A stretch of 64,000 nucleotides of DNA from Marsupella aquatica (Eukaryota > Plantae > Marchantiophyta), in the NCBI GenBank assembly GCA_973895155.1, contig OZ316892.1, positions 30,324,932-30,388,931 of the forward strand. The letters run 5' to 3'. Positions 59,265 through 64,000 of the stretch are shown here, piece by piece. Made by a program: the position numbers and the translations under genes. The notes beneath the pieces were generated by a model that saw nothing but the letters and a program-made list of their open reading frames with translations, made no database searches and was not told the origin of the DNA. Each line of letters begins with the position of its first letter. Position 1 is the stretch's first letter.

Positions 59265-60240
59265 GCAGAGTTGGTGTGAGGGGAGTACAGGAAGATGGCC
59301 GCAATGCTATCCGGGCTCCCGAAGCCGTGACGTTTGAAGAATGGTGCAGGGATTGATTAACTTTGTATTTTCATGGCACGACTGTCTTTTTCGGGCGTTC
59401 AGGGCAAGAAGAACACGAAACTACGGTAAACCCCAAACCGTAAACGTGAGTTGGCATTTGGAGGATGACAGGATTGTAGTTGATCCCTTGGTGTATAGGG
59501 GGCCGCGGGAGGGAGCCACAAGGAACAACGCAAGGGTAAGGGAGCCCTAAAATAATCCCAAAATGACGGGGATGGAGGGTGGGCAGAGTTGATGTGAGGG
59601 GAGTATGGGAAGAAGGCCGAAGTGCTATCCGGGCTCCTGAAGCAGTGATGTTTGAAGAATGGTGCGGGGATTGATTTACTTTGTATTTTCATAGCATGAC
59701 AGTCTTTTTCGGGCGTTCGGGGCAAGAAGAACACGGAACTACGGTGAACCCTAAACCCTAAACTCCTGAAGCAGTGACGTTTGAAGAATGGCGCGGGGAT
59801 TGATTTACTTTGTATTTTCATGGCACGACTGTCTTCTTCGGGCTTTCAGGGCAAGAAGAACACGAAACTACGGTAAACCCTAAACCATAAATGGTAAACC
59901 CTGAACCGGAGACGGTAAACCCCGAACCGTAACCGTGAGTTGGCATTTGGAGGATGACAGGATTGTAGTAGTTGATCCCTTGGTGTATAGGGGGCCGCGG
60001 GCGGGAGCCACAAGGAACAACACAAGGGTAAGGGAACCCTAAAATAAACCCTAAATGACGGGGAGGGAGGGTGGGCAGAGTTGATGCGAGGGGAGTATGG
60101 GAAGAAGGCCGTAGTGCTATCCGGGCACCCGAAGCAGTGACGTTTGAAGAATGGCGCGAGGATCGACTTGCTTTGTAATGTTGCTTCCTTTGTATTTTCA
60201 TGGAGGGACAGTCTTTTTTGGGCACTTGTGGGAAAAAGAC
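59265..60240. repeat. Degenerate composite tandem repeats
   Basis: gaagcagtgacgtttgaagaatgg...tgtattttcatgg at ~59321, 59639, 59768 and 60131. gtgagttggcatttggaggatgacagg at ~59446 and 59935. Confidence 0.75.
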
Positions 60241-60307
60241 CACGAAAAAGACCGCAAAGACCGCGCATTGCGATCGCTGGGCTGCACGAAAATGTATATA
60301 GAAGATA

Positions 60308-60615
60308 GTGATCTTTATTAGGAATTGGATAGAGATGATCTCTATCCAAATGGATGGAGATCATCCCTGTCCAATTGCATAGATATCATTTATTTCCAAA
60401 TTGACGATAGAGGATGTCCTATCAGACGATGCTGAGGACCTTTATTAGGAATTGGATAGAGATGATCCCTGTCCAAGTAGAGGATAGAGATGATCCCTGT
60501 CCAATTCGTAATAACGATTGTCAGTATCCTCTCATCGAACAGAGATGATCTTTATTACAAATTGGACAGAGATGATCCCTGTCCAAGTAGAGGATAGAGA
60601 TGATCCCTGTCCAAT
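60308..60615. repeat. Short degenerate array GATAGAGATGATCCCTGTCCAA
   Basis: About six copies, at ~60328, 60353, 60455, 60483, 60565 and 60593. Confidence 0.7.
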
Positions 60616-61278
60616 TTTTGTCAATTACAAAAGTAAGATTTCCAAACTAATATGCCTGGATGGGACTATTGCAGGGAGCTATCTAAATGCATTGAAACCA
60701 CAGATTTCAGACGCAGATTGCTCCGAGGGAGTCTTGTTGGAGTAGAGCAGAGAAGATTTTTGTTGGGGCCTTGAGTTCTCCAGAGTTGATTTTGATTTCC
60801 TTAGCACGTCAACGAGACGGGATCCCATTTTGTGCATAAAGGTCAGAACCGCAGATCAGGAGACTCTTGTACTCGGACCTGTAGTCTTCATTGGAATTGA
60901 AGGAAGAGGGTTTGTTTCTGTCATTCTTGAGCTCCATGAAAGGATACGATGGGTTAAACTACATCTACCATCAAAGGCGTATTCTTCAGAATTCAATGTT
61001 GAGTGGTCTGCAGCTGGAGAACTTGGCGTGTTGGCAATGGGCTTTTTCCCTAAGTCATATTCAACTCAAAAGGTGACTACTGGAGTGAAGGGGATTCTTC
61101 CACTTGACATCATGTATGGGTTTCAATATGTGAAGCTGAATATGCATAAACACCAAGGGAATTATACATTTCTGGTGACATGGATTTTAAATAATTTGCT
61201 TGACAAGGCAGGATTCCTATCTTCGGAATCAGGTGTTTTCCTTGACAAGCAAATTGCATTTGCGGAGGAGTTTGCAAT

Positions 61279-64000
61279 CACTAGAAGAATCCGAGGTGAA
61301 CTGAGACCGCAATATATGACTCATTTTGGCTCATGTGACTTCATTGTGACTCAACGTGACTTGACCCACGCTGTGACCCTTGGAGTTGCAAAAGTTGAGA
61401 CCAAAAAATGGAAGTCACTATTGATACTGGGCTTTGCAACTTGCTTGATACCCATTTGTGACTGATCTATGACTTTATTGTGGAGTCTAGCCTTGTTTCG
61501 ACATGACTGCAATATGACTTCAGCGAGTCACATCGTAAGTCACATACATGACTTACCCGCATTCAACAACGACTAGCGTGTGACTATTTAGTGTCACAGG
61601 AGAGACCAATGGAGACCCTGGCCCGCGTCACACAACAGAACCATTTGGGACTCTATATACTCATGTTTATAACTAATAAGGTTCACATGCAAGTTATAAC
61701 CATGACTAATGAACACAGAGGGACAGTTCATAAGAAGAGAGAGCACTCGACATTACAATACATAGAAACCTGATGTTCTAACTTTAGAAATATAACACAT
61801 TGAATACAAGAAATGAACATAGCATGAATGACATCCACATGAAACAAAGCATCATATAAGCAGATCCTACATAAAACATTCATAAGAATTAAACACAATC
61901 ACAATCTTGCTAAAAAATGAAGATCATTTGAATTCCAATGGAATAGTTTACAATGTGATCAATGTAATTTAGACAAAACAGGAACTCATAATTGATGACT
62001 GTAGGATGAGATAACTGAAAGCACATGCATGATACTATGAATCTCCAAGAGGACATGATTCTTGTACTGCTTCTTGACATCTAAAATCTACATAACATGA
62101 CTCACACTACAAACAAATAATGGCATGACATTGTTATGGATCCTCTATGAACTTGCTTGGCCATAATACCAAAGAACCTGCAGCATCTCCAAGTGTCTTT
62201 TGAGGAGGATCATCATTTGTGTTTGGAATGGGAAGGACAGCTTTAGGTTTCACTAGTAATGTGACTAACACTACTGAATAACCTGGGGGAATCCTCTTGC
62301 CATGGAACGTTGTGGAACCAACCTGCACTCTGGCAAATCCTACTCGTGTTCCACTCTCATCAACAGCTAACAAGCCACTTTGTCCCTCAGCATTAGGTGC
62401 TTTCCCCACTTCCACCTTAGATCTTTCTGCCAGCACTGTTCTTGGAGGTTTGTATGAAACCTTTGATGTGGCTCTGCTCCCACCAGCAGACTTGCTTCGT
62501 GTGCGCATGCTTCCTCTCTTCACAGTAGTGAAGCTAGGCTCAGTAGGTTCCTCTGTTAGGACTGTCACAGTAGCAGGTTCATCACCTGGGAGTGTCATAC
62601 CAACTAACTCTTTGGTTGGATTTATCTCAACAAGAGGCACACCTGTCATTGAGAATGATACATTCTGCAAATCATTTATCTCTGCAATGGAGTCAAGATC
62701 TACATAGCATGAATCTGGCTCAATGGTATCATTGTCATGCTTGCTGATATCCTCATTTGCCCCAACATTGATATCATCCACTCCCTTGCCAATGTCATCC
62801 TCATCCAAACATGGTTGACTGCCCTCTGTCAAACAAGTTGCTTGTACAGACTGCAACTTTGTTGCCTCTAAATTACAGAGAGTATTTGCCAGGTTCTCAT
62901 ACTTCTTCTCTGTAGCACCTGTCTTATTCTCTATGGACACAACAACCACAATATATGTTACTGAAAATAACACATTCAACAAACAATGTCAATTCAAACT
63001 ATACATTTAATAATCATATCCCACACAGTTGTAAAGGCCTTACCTTCAAGCCTACATGTCGTTGGCATGCCAGAAGAGTGCATCGACTTTGCCACCTCAA
63101 GTGGTGATGGTGGAACTCCTGCAAAATTGGAATCAATTTTATCTCTCACCGACACAACAGCTTCCATTAATGTCTTGAAGTTCACATGGAACAAGTCAGT
63201 CAATGAATTCAAACGTTCATTGATCTCTGGAAGACATGTTTCGACAGCCTTCAAACGACCACTTATCTCTGTAAGTGAAGATCCACCTCCCTACATGACA
63301 CAGGGGTATAGGTTCAATCACTCCATATGAAATGTTGGGCAATATATGCACAATCAATGTTATATACAGTGTACACCTGAAATTCAACGCAGGTCATTCA
63401 ATTACCAATCAGAACTCATATAACTTACATGCTTGGAGGATTCAGATGCACCCTCTTGAGCCCGGGTGTTCACAATTTCAGCCCTCAACTCTTCTTTTGA
63501 AGGGCTTTGCCCCAATTGGGCTTTCTGCACATGCATGGCAAACACAAGTTATCGATCAATATTCAGGGAACGTACACTAAAAAACAAAGTTTACATGTAT
63601 GGGTTTACACTAAAAAATAGTACATAGTGTAGCATAAATTACATAGCTAGGCCATTCATTCTTACCAAACGTTTAGCTGTCGGTGCAGTGCCGGTCCTTC
63701 CTGTCAGATTAGGGTTCTGAACACTCAACCTGGCCTCGGTCATCTGTGAACTCTTCTTTTTTGAAGCATCTGTTACAAAATAAGCTACTAACCTTGCCCA
63801 CACTTTATCATCACAACTGGCTGGTGGAGGCATATCTGGCTTCTCCCCACCTTCCTTCCAAGCCTTATGCATTCTCCACCTCTCTTGCTTGATAATTTTA
63901 CCTGCTGTACTCTCTAGGCAACCTATGTCCACGCCATCATCACTGCCCACATAATTCCATTTGGCAGCAACATTTTCACATACAGTCTTCCAATCTTTTG
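61279..64000 (-). mobile_element. CACTA (En/Spm) transposon end, extending beyond the window
   Basis: CACTAGAAGAA at 61279, followed by dense TGACT/AGTCA subterminal motifs (61316-61610) and a TnpA-like gene. Confidence 0.65.
62134..63950 (-). CDS. Spliced CACTA TnpA/ORF2-like protein (partial; Ptta/En/Spm-like region and Tnp1-like C-terminus)
   Basis: WARLVAYF...KKKSSQMTEAR and FHGKRIPPGYSVVLV...LPIPN..DDPPQKTLGDA.GSLVLWP. Probable exons >63950-63666, ~63525-63429, ~63290-63044 and ~62930-62134, with GT-AG borders. Confidence 0.7.

Larger units (their letters stand above)
58211..60305 (-). mobile_element. Probable non-autonomous Helitron with internal tandem repeats
   Basis: Minus strand starts A|TCTTCTATATAC at 60305 and ends with hairpin GTGCAACGCAC-GGG followed by CTAG|T (58217 or 58211). 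No coding capacity evident. Confidence 0.6.

Noticed and set aside
58255-60060. Interstitial telomere
   Set aside because: The motifs are isolated and in mixed orientation, not a tandem TTTAGGG array.
60308-60615. Repeat array as CRISPR
   Set aside because: Degenerate repeats, short recurring spacers, no cas genes and a eukaryotic context.
60830-61465. 211-aa ORF as a gene
   Set aside because: Non-ATG start, no recognisable domain, and it runs across the CACTA terminus at 61279.

Overview
Plant (probably bryophyte/liverwort-like, inferred) heterochromatic window with no host gene. Positions 1-57980 are a nest of non-chromoviral, Athila-like Ty3/gypsy LTR retrotransposons from four families, here called A-D. 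An old family-B element (B2, <1-45204, +) hosts an A LTR (<1-3140), a full C element (6162-34854, TSD GGGTC), an A solo LTR (39969-44114, TSD CCAGT) and a D element (45205-57980, -). The 5' LTR of the C element in turn holds a young, gag-pol-intact B element (B1, 8320-23899, -, TSD GTTGT). Most striking: the A, B and C LTRs are giant (4.0-4.7 kb) and each contains a ~800-1200-codon ORF. These ORFs share a divergent plant-mobile-domain (PMD)-like core, and the solo LTR keeps its 800-aa ORF intact. Family D carries a homologous ORF internally between two polypurine tracts, suggesting that a PPT switch moved the gene into the LTR. The protease-RT junction is handled three ways: a -1 frameshift with a predicted pseudoknot (B), UAG-CAA-UUA readthrough (D) and a continuous ORF (C). 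The right end holds a probable non-autonomous Helitron and the end of a CACTA element with a spliced TnpA-like gene.
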